In this document: positions 29,415 through 39,740 of the stretch, one piece after another
How the letters are laid out: every line of letters starts with the position of its first letter
Position numbering within the stretch: the first letter of the stretch is position 1
Origin: an uncultured virus (IMG/VR IMGVR_UViG_2937164673_000001)
Taxonomy: Duplodnaviria; Heunggongvirae; Uroviricota; Caudoviricetes
Reading direction: 5' to 3' (one strand)
Virus record (IMG/VR): IMGVR_UViG_2937164673_000001
DNA: 64,000 bases
The notes under the pieces: model-generated
Told to the model about the DNA's origin: nothing
The model's input: the letters and a program-made list of their open reading frames with translations, nothing else
Databases searched by the model: none
Translations under genes and position numbers: made by a program

Positions 29415-30074
29415 ATGGAGACTTTAGCAACATTATTAGAATTGGTATTTTTAGTATCGTTTATTGTAGCGATTGTTTACGGTATTAAATGGTTCAAAAA
29501 TAGGAATGATAAAGAGAATGACTTATTTAAGAAAAACAAGAAACGTTTTTGGATTAGTATTGCTGTAGTTGTGATTTCCTTTATCCTTGGAGGAATGGCT
29601 CAGAGTAGCGCTGATGACGCCCAAGAACAGGAAGCTACAGCACAACAAGAAAAGAAAGATAAATCAAACTATAAGGATGATAAAGAAGAATTCGCCAACG
29701 AATACTTTGCACTTGGTCATAAGGTAGAAACGCTCTCTTCAAAAGAAGGAGAAGAATGGAATGACGCTATAGAAAATTCCGACGAAGATTTTGATGTAGA
29801 TTCTGCTATTGATACTATTCAAAATAACCACACTGATGAAATAGACGATATTGATAGTAAACTTAGCGATCTTCATGACTTAGACCAGAAGATTCAGAAA
29901 AATGATTCGGTCGACGATTCAGATAAAGAGAAATTTCATAATGCATATTTAGACGTAAAACATTTTGCCAACCATGCTACTAATATTAGTGGAAGCTACA
30001 ATGATTTTATGGACGAACATAATGATTTAGATCGAAAGGTAGCTGACCATGTAGAAGAACTTCAAGACCTTTAA
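29415..30074 (+). CDS. Membrane-anchored acidic protein (possible superinfection exclusion)
   Basis: Two N-terminal TM helices and an acidic helical domain; function is speculative. Confidence 0.6.
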   Translation: METLATLLELVFLVSFIVAIVYGIKWFKNRNDKENDLFKKNKKRFWISIAVVVISFILGGMAQSSADDAQEQEATAQQEKKDKSNYKDDKEEFANEYFALGHKVETLSSKEGEEWNDAIENSDEDFDVDSAIDTIQNNHTDEIDDIDSKLSDLHDLDQKIQKNDSVDDSDKEKFHNAYLDVKHFANHATNISGSYNDFMDEHNDLDRKVADHVEELQDL

Positions 30075-30102
30075 TATAGTTAGCGATGGGAGAAAATTTA
30101 CT

Positions 30103-30630
30103 ATGAAAAAATATTTTAGAATTCTAATTGCTGTTTTTGTGGGAATTGGCGTTATATCTATTTCTGGTAGTGTACACGCTATGACAACAAAAGACTTGTC
30201 GGGAAGAGTATATAAAGTATCGACAAATTTTGATGATGTAAATTTTGAACAATATGTCTATTTTGATAATAAGGGGCATTGTGTTGTCGTAGGAGATCCC
30301 AGTGACCCAGATAACGACGATGCAAAAAGTGATCAACGGAAGATTAATAAATTAATCTTAAATAAAAAATCAGCGAAGAAACAGTTTAAGGGTGCCGATA
30401 AATATAAAATAGAAGATAATGAATTTAAAACAGATGCTTCTATTTTCCCTATGTTGCCAATGTTAGATAATCCTATAGAAATTGTGTCTGATAATATTGA
30501 CAATATTACTGTTCGTTTCTTAAACAACAGTCCACGTGCTCGAATGTTGAGTGATGATGGGAATGGGATATATATGACATATTCAATGACTACAGCCGAT
30601 CCATCAATGCAATATAGATTTCAGTGGTAA
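30103..30630 (+). CDS. Exported hypothetical protein
   Basis: Signal peptide ending VHA. Confidence 0.7.
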   Translation: MKKYFRILIAVFVGIGVISISGSVHAMTTKDLSGRVYKVSTNFDDVNFEQYVYFDNKGHCVVVGDPSDPDNDDAKSDQRKINKLILNKKSAKKQFKGADKYKIEDNEFKTDASIFPMLPMLDNPIEIVSDNIDNITVRFLNNSPRARMLSDDGNGIYMTYSMTTADPSMQYRFQW

Positions 30631-30849
30631 AGCGAACTAAATAAAATACAGTTTTTATAAAATTATATTAAAATGTTTATAGAATAAACATTAAAATTAC
30701 GGAGCTATATTATATGGCTCCGTTTTTTTAGTACCCTTATTCTATATAAGCTTATTAAAAATAAGTGAATTTCAACACCTCTAACATACCTATTTTATAG
30801 GAAAAATCAAACCTCCTAAATTAAACCGTACTTTATAAAAACTGTATTT

Positions 30850-32177
30850 CTTTTCAGCGGTAGTACATTAAACCACAGTCACAAAAAGAAAGCGGTAATA
30901 ATTAATGATTAAAGGAATTAAATTGCGACTATATCCCAATCAAATGCAACAAAACCTATTGTTTCAAATGTTTGGTAATACCCGCTTTGTATGGAATCAG
31001 ATGTTAGCAATAGCTAAGGCAAGGTACAAAAATAATCCAAGTTCTCGATTTATAGATGAATATGGTATGAATTACTTTCTTAAACCGTTAAAAGAAGAAT
31101 ATCCATTCTTGAAAAACAGTGATTCTACTAGTTTGCAAGTGACAAACCATAACTTAGCTCAGGCCTTTAAAATGTTATTTCAACATAAAGGTGGTTATCC
31201 TCATTTTAAGAGTCGCAAGATCAGTAAGCAATCATATACGGGCCGCAATGGGTGTCGTGTAGAGGCAAAAAGGCGAATAAAATTGCCTAAAATTGGGAGC
31301 ATACGTACTAGTAAGACTACGCATCTCATTGGTTGTAACATCAAGCGCTACACCGTCACTTATGAACCGACTGGTCGTTATTATGTATCATTTCAGGTCG
31401 AAACTGAAATTAATCAGTTACCGAAAACAGGAGATGCAGTTGGTATAGATGTTGGGCTTGCGAACTTGGCGATTACTTCTGATGGTCAAAAATATGGTAC
31501 TTTCGATGCCTGTTGGGCAGAAAAACAAGCACAAATATGGCAATCAAAGTTTAGTAAGCGTAAATATCGTGCGATGGTGGCAATACGTCACTGGAATCAT
31601 AATCATAAAGCCTTTCAGATGGAATTAAGTGACTATCAGAATTGGCAACGTGCGAGAATTCAAAAATCCCGCTATCAAAAGAAAATAGTAGATAAAAGAA
31701 AAGATTATTTGCATAAGGTAACAACAGATTTAGTTAAAAAATACGATGTGATTGTCATTGAGGATTTGAAAATCAAGAATCTTCAAAAGAATCATCATTT
31801 GGCTAAATCAATTGCCAATGCGAGTTGGTATCAATTTAGGACCATGTTGGAATATAAATGTGCGTGGTATGGAAAGAAGCTAATAACTGTTAAGCCAAAC
31901 TATACTAGTCAAATTTGTAGTCAATGTGGCTATCACAGTGGTAAGAAACCACTAGAAATTCGTGAGTGGATGTGTCCAAGTTGTGGCACCCATCACGACC
32001 GAGATATTAATGCAGCAGTTAATATCTTGAAACAAGGATTAAAGCTAATTGGCTAGGGACTAGCCGTGGTAAAAGAATGAAGTTCTGTAAGTTAGGTATT
32101 CAGAATACTGATATAACATCCTAAATACTACTTCGTGTTCCCAGAAACATACCGACTTTAGTTGATATGTAGTTCAC
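30850..32177 (+). mobile_element. Solo-tnpB IS200/IS605-family element with right-end omegaRNA
   Basis: Subterminal hairpin ending TTCAC at 32173-32177; no tnpA; left end approximate. Confidence 0.7.
30905..32056 (+). CDS. tnpB: TnpB RNA-guided endonuclease (IS200/IS605 family)
   Basis: KLRLYPN HTH; Ruv[19 protein letters not shown]; zinc finger CSQC/CPSC. Confidence 0.95.
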   Translation: MIKGIKLRLYPNQMQQNLLFQMFGNTRFVWNQMLAIAKARYKNNPSSRFIDEYGMNYFLKPLKEEYPFLKNSDSTSLQVTNHNLAQAFKMLFQHKGGYPHFKSRKISKQSYTGRNGCRVEAKRRIKLPKIGSIRTSKTTHLIGCNIKRYTVTYEPTGRYYVSFQVETEINQLPKTGDAVGIDVGLANLAITSDGQKYGTFDACWAEKQAQIWQSKFSKRKYRAMVAIRHWNHNHKAFQMELSDYQNWQRARIQKSRYQKKIVDKRKDYLHKVTTDLVKKYDVIVIEDLKIKNLQKNHHLAKSIANASWYQFRTMLEYKCAWYGKKLITVKPNYTSQICSQCGYHSGKKPLEIREWMCPSCGTHHDRDINAAVNILKQGLKLIG

Positions 32178-32216
32178 AAAATCCGCATTTGTTATAGGAG
32201 ATATGGAGGAATCGAT

Positions 32217-33257
32217 ATGAGTGAAGAAATGATAAATGTATATCAAACTTGGATTAATTCGTTGGCATCAGCAAATACAATTCATAAGTACACAAGTTCT
32301 GTAACATTGTTTAGTAATATGGTATTTAAGAAAAAACCAACAGAACTTTCCGAATTTGATTTAGTTCATTTGCGATACAGTGACGTATTGAATAAATTTG
32401 TTACACCACTTAAGGAAAATGATATTAAAGGCTCAACCATTAAGGGACATTTAATTGCGGTTAGATCTTTAATGAAGATGATTAAAAAAGAAGGTATTTA
32501 TGATAAAGCCAATATTGACGATTTAAATAATTATGTGTTAACGGACAAAACGTTAAAAACTAATGACGTAAAGCATCATGAAGCAATCTCGTTAGAAGAA
32601 TTAGATCAGTTTAAGGATTTTTTAACTAAAAGAAAATATCGTGATGACCAAGATGGAATGATGGGTAAAAAATATGCTGAGTTAGTAGACTTTATGTTCA
32701 AAACTGGTATTCGTGTCACAGCTACATTTTCAATCAAATGGATAGATTTTCAATTTATCGTTGCACATGACGGTACTCGTTTTGCTCGTTTAGATGTGAT
32801 TGATAAGGGGCATAAGTTAAATACTAAATACCTTACATTAAGCTACTACCAAAATTTACATGATTTGCTCTTTACGGGTAGTGACGAAGAATTTGTTTTT
32901 GGTGAATTATCACATGAGTCGTTAAAAAATGCTTTTCGTGATTTCAGTAAGAAGATTAATCATAAGCTATCTCCTCACTCGTTACGTGCAGGCGCGGCCA
33001 CGACACTTTATTATCAAACAAAAGATATTATGTTGGTAAAGGATTTTCTTGATCATGAAAGCGTAGCAAATACAGAAAAATATATTCATAATCAAACAGA
33101 TCCTACTATGACAGGTACGGCAATGCTTACCTCAGATTATGATTACTCAGAAATTGATAACCTCTCTAAGGAACAATTACTAATGTTAATTCATTCACGT
33201 CCCGAAATTGAAAATGTAGTATATCGCGCCGGAAAAGATCATAAAGTATTAAAATAA
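32217..33257 (+). CDS. Tyrosine recombinase/integrase
   Basis: TGIR, HSLR, LDH and TEKY catalytic set intact. Confidence 0.9.
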   Translation: MSEEMINVYQTWINSLASANTIHKYTSSVTLFSNMVFKKKPTELSEFDLVHLRYSDVLNKFVTPLKENDIKGSTIKGHLIAVRSLMKMIKKEGIYDKANIDDLNNYVLTDKTLKTNDVKHHEAISLEELDQFKDFLTKRKYRDDQDGMMGKKYAELVDFMFKTGIRVTATFSIKWIDFQFIVAHDGTRFARLDVIDKGHKLNTKYLTLSYYQNLHDLLFTGSDEEFVFGELSHESLKNAFRDFSKKINHKLSPHSLRAGAATTLYYQTKDIMLVKDFLDHESVANTEKYIHNQTDPTMTGTAMLTSDYDYSEIDNLSKEQLLMLIHSRPEIENVVYRAGKDHKVLK

Positions 33258-33437
33258 ACAAAATTATTCACTAATATCTCGTTCATTTGGGAGTAATTGT
33301 CTATTCTGTTTACGTTAAGTTAAGAAAGTGTTAACATAACAACACAATTGTATTCGATGTATGGATTTGAGTTGTAATTAAGGGTATAATACAATTGCTT
33401 AGATTGATTAGGAATAGGCATAATATAGAGGAATGAC

Positions 33438-34706
33438 ATGGAAAATAAGATAATTTTAGACAGAATAGGTAATCTTAATAGGATAATTAATGATCTAGGG
33501 GAGAGAGATCAGAAAGAAATTAGTGAATTATTATTGTCGGTGGATTATAATTCAGAACAAATTGAAATTATATTTCACGTGTTTTTTAATAACTTTATGA
33601 ATGATGAGTTGAATAAACGCCTTCAACTCCGAACATATCGAATTGGAAAATATAGGTCTTTTAATCCTAAATATGAGATTGGGAATAACATAAAACAATT
33701 AGCATGGTATTACTATGCAGAACGGCACAACGAAGTAAGTGCAGCAAGTGCTAATGCTGCGTTGACCGATGTGGAAACAATCGAAAAAAAGTATAACATT
33801 CCATTTTGGGAATTCAATAAAGTTCAGATAAAAGAGTTTCGTGAATATTTGCTTGAAGAGAAGAAACTTAATAAAAAGACGGTTGATAATAAATTAGGAT
33901 ATTGTCGTACCTTAGTGCGATCAATTAACGATTTGTTATCAAAATACAATGACAAGAAGATAGCGATTGAAGATAATTGGGCTTTACACTCAAATAAATG
34001 GAAACCTAGAAAAGTACAACTGATTACGTATGATGAACTTATGGACAATTTTATGCCAAAATCGCCAAGTCCAGAAAACTTAATTGCTCTACTTCTTTTT
34101 AAAGGTGTATATCTTGCCAGAGAAACGGAAGATAGCGAAATCGCTCGCATTAAGCTAAAGGACTTTAACGGAAATGAATTAACTGTCCATGGTAAATATG
34201 GTGATAGAATTGTTAAGTTTACTCCAAAAGAAATGGAGTGGATAAATTTAGGGATAAAAGAAGTCAAGGTGAAGAATGCAGGAGGGGCTAGTCCTCAAAC
34301 TGACAAATATTTTATACCTGTAACACAAGATTCTTATCTTTTTCGTAAATTAAAATTTATAAGTAATGAAGAAACTCCACTGGGACATTGGACTCTTAAC
34401 AAGAGGCTTAATGAAGCATGGAAAATTGTATATGGCAAGGATTCAAAGATTAGTGCCAATAAATTAAGAACATCTGGAATACTTGACCTAGTTAATCGTA
34501 GGCTTATAGCTAAATACGGTACTCTACGACCAGAACATCAATCTGATGTAGTGATCGAGATTATAAAAGTATTTGGTGAGGTTGGCGACTATTCAGAAAA
34601 CGAGATTAAAGAGGCTATCTCTTCACAGAAGTCAGCAAATTCAATTTGGCATCGTGGGCTTATGTACTATCACGACAGAGAAAACTTAATGAAAGTAAAG
34701 CAGTAG
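33438..34706 (+). CDS. Degenerate tyrosine-recombinase-fold protein (possible repressor)
   Basis: LLLFKGV...EIARIKLKDF and ANKLRTSG resemble box I/II but lack the canonical R and H. Confidence 0.55.
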   Translation: MENKIILDRIGNLNRIINDLGERDQKEISELLLSVDYNSEQIEIIFHVFFNNFMNDELNKRLQLRTYRIGKYRSFNPKYEIGNNIKQLAWYYYAERHNEVSAASANAALTDVETIEKKYNIPFWEFNKVQIKEFREYLLEEKKLNKKTVDNKLGYCRTLVRSINDLLSKYNDKKIAIEDNWALHSNKWKPRKVQLITYDELMDNFMPKSPSPENLIALLLFKGVYLARETEDSEIARIKLKDFNGNELTVHGKYGDRIVKFTPKEMEWINLGIKEVKVKNAGGASPQTDKYFIPVTQDSYLFRKLKFISNEETPLGHWTLNKRLNEAWKIVYGKDSKISANKLRTSGILDLVNRRLIAKYGTLRPEHQSDVVIEIIKVFGEVGDYSENEIKEAISSQKSANSIWHRGLMYYHDRENLMKVKQ

Positions 34707-34755
34707 TTAATTTAGCAGTATAACTACTGCTTTTTTAGTTTTCTTAAAAAAAAGT

Positions 34756-34808
34756 GTTACCGATAGGTGCGATTTTGTGACTTGCATATCTCTTTTTTGT
34801 TATGATAA
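34756..34808 (+). promoter_or_regulatory. Conserved 30-bp box/promoter, copy 3, ahead of the replication operon
   Basis: Same box as 8275 and 9343; GTGACT-18-TATGAT. Confidence 0.7.
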
Positions 34809-34866
34809 CTGAGCGTTATTAATCACAACGAAAATATTAATATCTATTAAAAGAGGAGGAGTATCT

Positions 34867-35460
34867 ATCTTAAATATAGCCATTATGGGTTCTAGTGGTG
34901 GTGCCGGTAAAGACACAGTGGCAAATTATATCAAAGATAATTTATTCAACGGCCGTGCTGTTAAACACGCATTAGGGGAGCCTATTCATGAATTAGCTGA
35001 ACAATTTGCTGGGGATAAGGTACAGCGTCATCATTTGCAGGATCTAGGAGAAAGTATCAGAAGTATTTTTGGTCATGAAGCGTGGATTAATCTACTTGAC
35101 GAAAAATATGGCGGTATTGACGTGCCATTAATAATTCCAGATATTCGCAAATTATTAGAATATTCACACTACTGTATCGAAAAAGAGTTTAAGCCGTTAT
35201 ATGTGTATACTGACCCAGAAATTGCAAAAAAGAGACTAAAAGATCGAGATGGTGGTTATAACGAGGAAGATTTAGGTAAGAATATCGAACGGCAAATGGA
35301 CTTCTTACAAGACTATGGTCGTAAACAATTCCCTAAGCGCTTCGTTACACAGTTAAATGCACCATATCCATTCGGCGAAATTTATGTTATTGATAACTCG
35401 GGTTCACTCCAAGATACATATCGACAATTAAATGAATGGTGGGAATTGATTCATGAGTAA
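34867..35460 (+). CDS. Deoxynucleoside monophosphate kinase-like P-loop protein
   Basis: GGAGKDT, LQDLGESIR, IIPDIR, IDNSGS; start probably non-AUG, upstream of 34885. Confidence 0.75.
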   Translation: MLNIAIMGSSGGAGKDTVANYIKDNLFNGRAVKHALGEPIHELAEQFAGDKVQRHHLQDLGESIRSIFGHEAWINLLDEKYGGIDVPLIIPDIRKLLEYSHYCIEKEFKPLYVYTDPEIAKKRLKDRDGGYNEEDLGKNIERQMDFLQDYGRKQFPKRFVTQLNAPYPFGEIYVIDNSGSLQDTYRQLNEWWELIHE

Positions 35461-36052
35461 TTTTACACACAAATACGACATAGAAGTTGGATTAGATTTA
35501 ACTAAAATTCTTACTCCAGAAGCTATTCCTGGTATTAAAGCCTATTTAGGTGTCGATAACGACAATGAACTTCTGAATGCTATCGCAGAAGATAGATACC
35601 AAAAGTTAGTCCAAGCATTACAAGAGGCTGGATTTGGAGTTATTCGCGCAGGATTCTCAAGAATTGAAGAGAAAGACCATGGTGAACAAAAGGATGCAAG
35701 CACGTCACCTTTAAATAAAGCTAAGGACCATAACGTTAGCAAAGAACAAAAAGGTGAGCAATTAAGTCTTGAAGAATTTAGTAATACACTGATCTCGCTT
35801 TTAAAGGGCGAACAAAAAAGGATCTCTGATAATGACGGAGAAATCATCAAGGTGGATATTGACGCAGATTATATTAGTATTGCTCCAAACTTTGATGTTA
35901 TCCGTAAAGAGGCTGGATTAAACAATGAAATAGAATTTAATTTTGAAGAGTTAAATGATGGGGTAATACTAATCTCATATACAGATCCTGAAAAACAACA
36001 ATTACAATTTAAGAAAATTTCCAAGGAGGAATTAGTTAATGCCAAAGGCTAA
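35453..36052 (+). CDS. Hypothetical protein
   Basis: Overlapping operon member. Confidence 0.7.
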   Translation: MSNFTHKYDIEVGLDLTKILTPEAIPGIKAYLGVDNDNELLNAIAEDRYQKLVQALQEAGFGVIRAGFSRIEEKDHGEQKDASTSPLNKAKDHNVSKEQKGEQLSLEEFSNTLISLLKGEQKRISDNDGEIIKVDIDADYISIAPNFDVIRKEAGLNNEIEFNFEELNDGVILISYTDPEKQQLQFKKISKEELVNAKG

Positions 36053-37175
36053 GTTAGAAAAAGAATTAAAGCCGGGAATTGCCCGTTTTATTGCTCGAGG
36101 ACGAGCTTCTATTTCAAGCGACACATTCCCTGCACAAACTACTGAATCTAAGTCAGGTTGGGTATATAAACGAGTAGGCTTCCCAGTTAAGATTGGTGAT
36201 AGTAATTCTATTTATGTACAAATGATGGGTGGCTACTCAAAGCGTAAGCCGGTTGTCCATGTATTTAACAAGGATACTAATCAACATATGGAGCTTGATT
36301 GGGATTTACGTGATAACGAAGATGCTCTTAAAAATGTTGCCGAATTCTCATTCATCAATGTTGCTCTTGAACGCGACGAAAAAGGAAAGTTAATCCGAAA
36401 ACGTTTCTTATCTGAACTAGATACTATTAATTACATGAACGAACACTTACATGACGGCCAAGAAATTTACGTTAGTGGTAACGTTGAATACCAACGTTAC
36501 GATGGAAAGATTAGTCGTAGTTTCAATGTCACAAATATTGGCCTGTACGACGGTAAGGATAATGAGGAAGTAGAAGAAAAGGCGGAAATGCGTCAAACCT
36601 ACTTGCTAGAAAGTACGGCGTTGCCAAGAGATTGGGAAAAGACATTAAAAGAAAGAAACGAGATTGTTGTGAATGCCTTTGTCCCACAATACGTTGGTAA
36701 GGAAATTAAAAAGACGCTTGCTTTCCCACAACAATTTACTATTCAAACTACAGAAGACAAAGTAGATATGATGACCAAAGCTATCGAAACGCTTTTTAAA
36801 GTCAAAAAAGGCGTAGTTCGTGAAATTGGTCTCAAGAATAATATTGTTCACGGTTATGAAAAGAGTACGGGTAAGATTCAACGAAGTAAGCAGGTTATGG
36901 AATTGATTCAACTTGGTATTATGACCGAAGAACAAATTGAAAACGAAGAAACAATTGGTAATCGCAGTGTTGACAAGGTTATTTTCAAGATGCCATTAAT
37001 GAACGTTGATGGTGAAAAGTCCGATTTCATGTTAGCAGACAAGTATTCGCCTGAAGCATTGATTATCGTTGAAGATGATGAAGATATTGAAGAAAATACT
37101 AGCGTATTCAACGAGGACGATAATAAAGATGAAGAAGCCAATGCAGACGCAATGTTTGGCGGTCTGTTTGAATAA
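36039..37175 (+). CDS. Putative single-stranded DNA-binding protein
   Basis: OB-like IYVSGNVEY; very acidic tail ending in hydrophobic residues; upstream of AAA ATPase. Confidence 0.55.
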   Translation: MPKAKLEKELKPGIARFIARGRASISSDTFPAQTTESKSGWVYKRVGFPVKIGDSNSIYVQMMGGYSKRKPVVHVFNKDTNQHMELDWDLRDNEDALKNVAEFSFINVALERDEKGKLIRKRFLSELDTINYMNEHLHDGQEIYVSGNVEYQRYDGKISRSFNVTNIGLYDGKDNEEVEEKAEMRQTYLLESTALPRDWEKTLKERNEIVVNAFVPQYVGKEIKKTLAFPQQFTIQTTEDKVDMMTKAIETLFKVKKGVVREIGLKNNIVHGYEKSTGKIQRSKQVMELIQLGIMTEEQIENEETIGNRSVDKVIFKMPLMNVDGEKSDFMLADKYSPEALIIVEDDEDIEENTSVFNEDDNKDEEANADAMFGGLFE

Positions 37176-37238
37176 TAGTAAAACTCTCCCATTAGTCACA
37201 ACAAAAATACGAAAATATATTTAATAAGGGGTTATTGT

Positions 37239-38234
37239 ATGGCGTTAGATTTGGATATGTTGCGAAAGCCTAATAGCCGAAAAAAGGGCTTAAAGATTTT
37301 AGTATATGGTCCGACAGGTGTCGGTAAAACAGTTTTCGGTCTTTCATTCCCAGAAATCATTGCAATGGATAGTGAAGACGGGTATGCGTGGTACGAAGGA
37401 ACGGAACGAGCTAAGAATTTATTAGGAATTGTTGATTCTCAATCCTTTGATGATTTAGCTAATTTGATTGATGAATTAGACGAAAATGTGGACGACTTCA
37501 AGACATTAATTATTGATTCAGAAACTAAGATTTACGAAAACATTCAAGAAGCTCTTCAAGAAGTTGAAGAGTCACGAGCAATTCGTAAAGGAAAAGATGT
37601 ACTTGATGCTAATTTGTCTGTACGTTCATGGGGAAAGATTAAGCAATTAGCGAGTCGCTTGCAGAACTTAAAACTTAAATTAGCAAGTCAAGGAATTAAT
37701 ATTGTGTCAATTGCTCAGGCTTCAGATGTAATGAAAGATGCAGGTGGCGGTGTCCGTGTTAAGACTGGCGAGAAGCCGGATATGGCAAAGAAGGCACCAT
37801 TCGATTACGATGTAGTTCTTCGATTATTTACTCGCGATAATAAGTACTTTGGTGTGGTTGAAAAAGATCGTACCGATACCTATGCACGAGGAACCGAAAT
37901 TGAAAATCCTTCGTATGCCAACTGGGCCAAACGCTTAGAAGCAGATGACAACAAGGGTAATGTTATTGTTAAAGACTTTAGTAGGGATAAGAAAAAGGCC
38001 AAGGTTGCATATGAAGAAAGTATTACTTCTGAAATGCCGTTTGAAGATCAAGTAGCTGATTTCTTATCGTTGTTAGAAGGTCAAGATAAGAAGCAAGAAT
38101 TTGCTACTAAAGTTAAAGAAATGACAGGAAGTAAGACTTTAAGCACATTAACTAAAGAACAACAGAATAAAGTTATTAAGTATATGAATGAACAAAAGGT
38201 GGAAATTTTAGACGAAACGCCGGTAGCAGCTTAA
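37239..38234 (+). CDS. AAA_24/Sak4-like ATPase
   Basis: ILVYGPTGVGKT, TLIIDS. Confidence 0.8.
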   Translation: MALDLDMLRKPNSRKKGLKILVYGPTGVGKTVFGLSFPEIIAMDSEDGYAWYEGTERAKNLLGIVDSQSFDDLANLIDELDENVDDFKTLIIDSETKIYENIQEALQEVEESRAIRKGKDVLDANLSVRSWGKIKQLASRLQNLKLKLASQGINIVSIAQASDVMKDAGGGVRVKTGEKPDMAKKAPFDYDVVLRLFTRDNKYFGVVEKDRTDTYARGTEIENPSYANWAKRLEADDNKGNVIVKDFSRDKKKAKVAYEESITSEMPFEDQVADFLSLLEGQDKKQEFATKVKEMTGSKTLSTLTKEQQNKVIKYMNEQKVEILDETPVAA

Positions 38235-38289
38235 TAACACATAACATATTTAATTACGAGGATTTTCCTCGTGTACATAATCATAATTG

Positions 38290-39740
38290 TGGAAGAAATT
38301 AATATCTGAGTGAAATATCAGCCAATATCATTAAATGTCGTCATAAATATAAGATGGTGCCCGATAAATCTTTGAGAGGGGGTGATACAAACGATAAGAA
38401 CAGAAAAAGTTAGATTATATCCTAATAGCATAATGAAACAACAGTTAAAGGATCTTTGTGACTATCGTCGCTATTGTTGGAACGAGGGTTTGGCGCTATG
38501 GAACGATATGTATGATGAGTCTGTCTTGCTAGGCAATAAGAAATTACGACCCAACGAAAGGAAGGTTCGTAATGAACTTGTAACTAACAAACAAGATTGG
38601 CAATATCTATATTCGTCTCGCTGCCTACAATTAGCGATTTCTGATCTTGGAAAGGCTTGGGAAAACTTTTTTAATAAAGCTCAATCCGATTGGGGAATAC
38701 CCAAATTCAAATCTAAAAAAGCTCCTAAACAAGGCTTCAAAACTGATCGAGCAAAGATTGTTAATGGGAAGCTGCGATTGGATAAGCCTAGAGGAATTAA
38801 AGAATGGTCAGATATTAAGATTGCAGGTGTAAAATCTCTAGATGGTGACTTAAAGGTTGTATCAATTTACCGTGAGAACGGCAAATATTGGGCATCACTG
38901 CCTTTTGAAGTGACGATTAAGCATAAGCCTAAAACGGAGCGGAAGACAGCAATTGATGTCAATGTTGGACACTTTAATACTCCAGGTGGTCAAATTACCA
39001 TTATTCCAAAGCGATTAGATAGGCTTTATAAACGGATTAAGCATTACCAACGCCAATTAGCTAAGAAACGAATTGTTAATGGTAAACAAGCATACCAATC
39101 AAATAATTACGTTAAAACGAGAGCCAAGTTACAACGTGATTATCGTAAAGTAACTAATATTCAGCGTGATATTATTCAAAAGTTTACAACTAGACTCGTA
39201 AGTGAGAATGATAAGATTGTTATTGAAGATTTAGTGGTCAAAAATATGCAAATGAGCCATGTCGCTTCTAAGGGTTTGCAACGTTCGTTGTTTGGTTACT
39301 TTCGCCAAGTTCTTACATACAAATGTGAGTGGTATGGCAAAGAATTGATCCTCGCCAATCAGCATTATCCAAGTACGCAACGCTGTTCACAGTGTGGGTA
39401 CATTAAAACTGGTGAGGATAAGATCACTCTAGCTGGGAATCAGAAATATCATACTAAGCATAACGAGTACATATGTTATAAGTGTGATGCAGTAATGGAT
39501 AGAGATGAAAATGCTGTAATGAATTTATTACAGTTAGCATAAATAAGAATAAATATTAATGGGGTGGGCTACATCCTTAAACTATCAGAGTTGGTCAATG
39601 TCATTACCCTCTAGTTAGGATATGGGAATACCGATGTTGACGGTAGTAAATAAAATTAAGAAAGGAAAAGCTATATAATCCTTTTTGAACGTAATCAAAT
39701 TTAATTAATGATTATATTTGTTCGTATTTTATATAGCAGG
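38290..39740 (+). mobile_element. Solo-tnpB element, IS607-like right end
   Basis: About 200-nt structured 3' region ending TATAGCAGG; no transposase; left end uncertain. Confidence 0.55.
38382..39542 (+). CDS. tnpB: TnpB RNA-guided endonuclease
   Basis: VRLYPN; RuvC AIDVN, VIEDL, MDRDENA; zinc finger CSQC/CYKC. Confidence 0.93.
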   Translation: MIQTIRTEKVRLYPNSIMKQQLKDLCDYRRYCWNEGLALWNDMYDESVLLGNKKLRPNERKVRNELVTNKQDWQYLYSSRCLQLAISDLGKAWENFFNKAQSDWGIPKFKSKKAPKQGFKTDRAKIVNGKLRLDKPRGIKEWSDIKIAGVKSLDGDLKVVSIYRENGKYWASLPFEVTIKHKPKTERKTAIDVNVGHFNTPGGQITIIPKRLDRLYKRIKHYQRQLAKKRIVNGKQAYQSNNYVKTRAKLQRDYRKVTNIQRDIIQKFTTRLVSENDKIVIEDLVVKNMQMSHVASKGLQRSLFGYFRQVLTYKCEWYGKELILANQHYPSTQRCSQCGYIKTGEDKITLAGNQKYHTKHNEYICYKCDAVMDRDENAVMNLLQLA

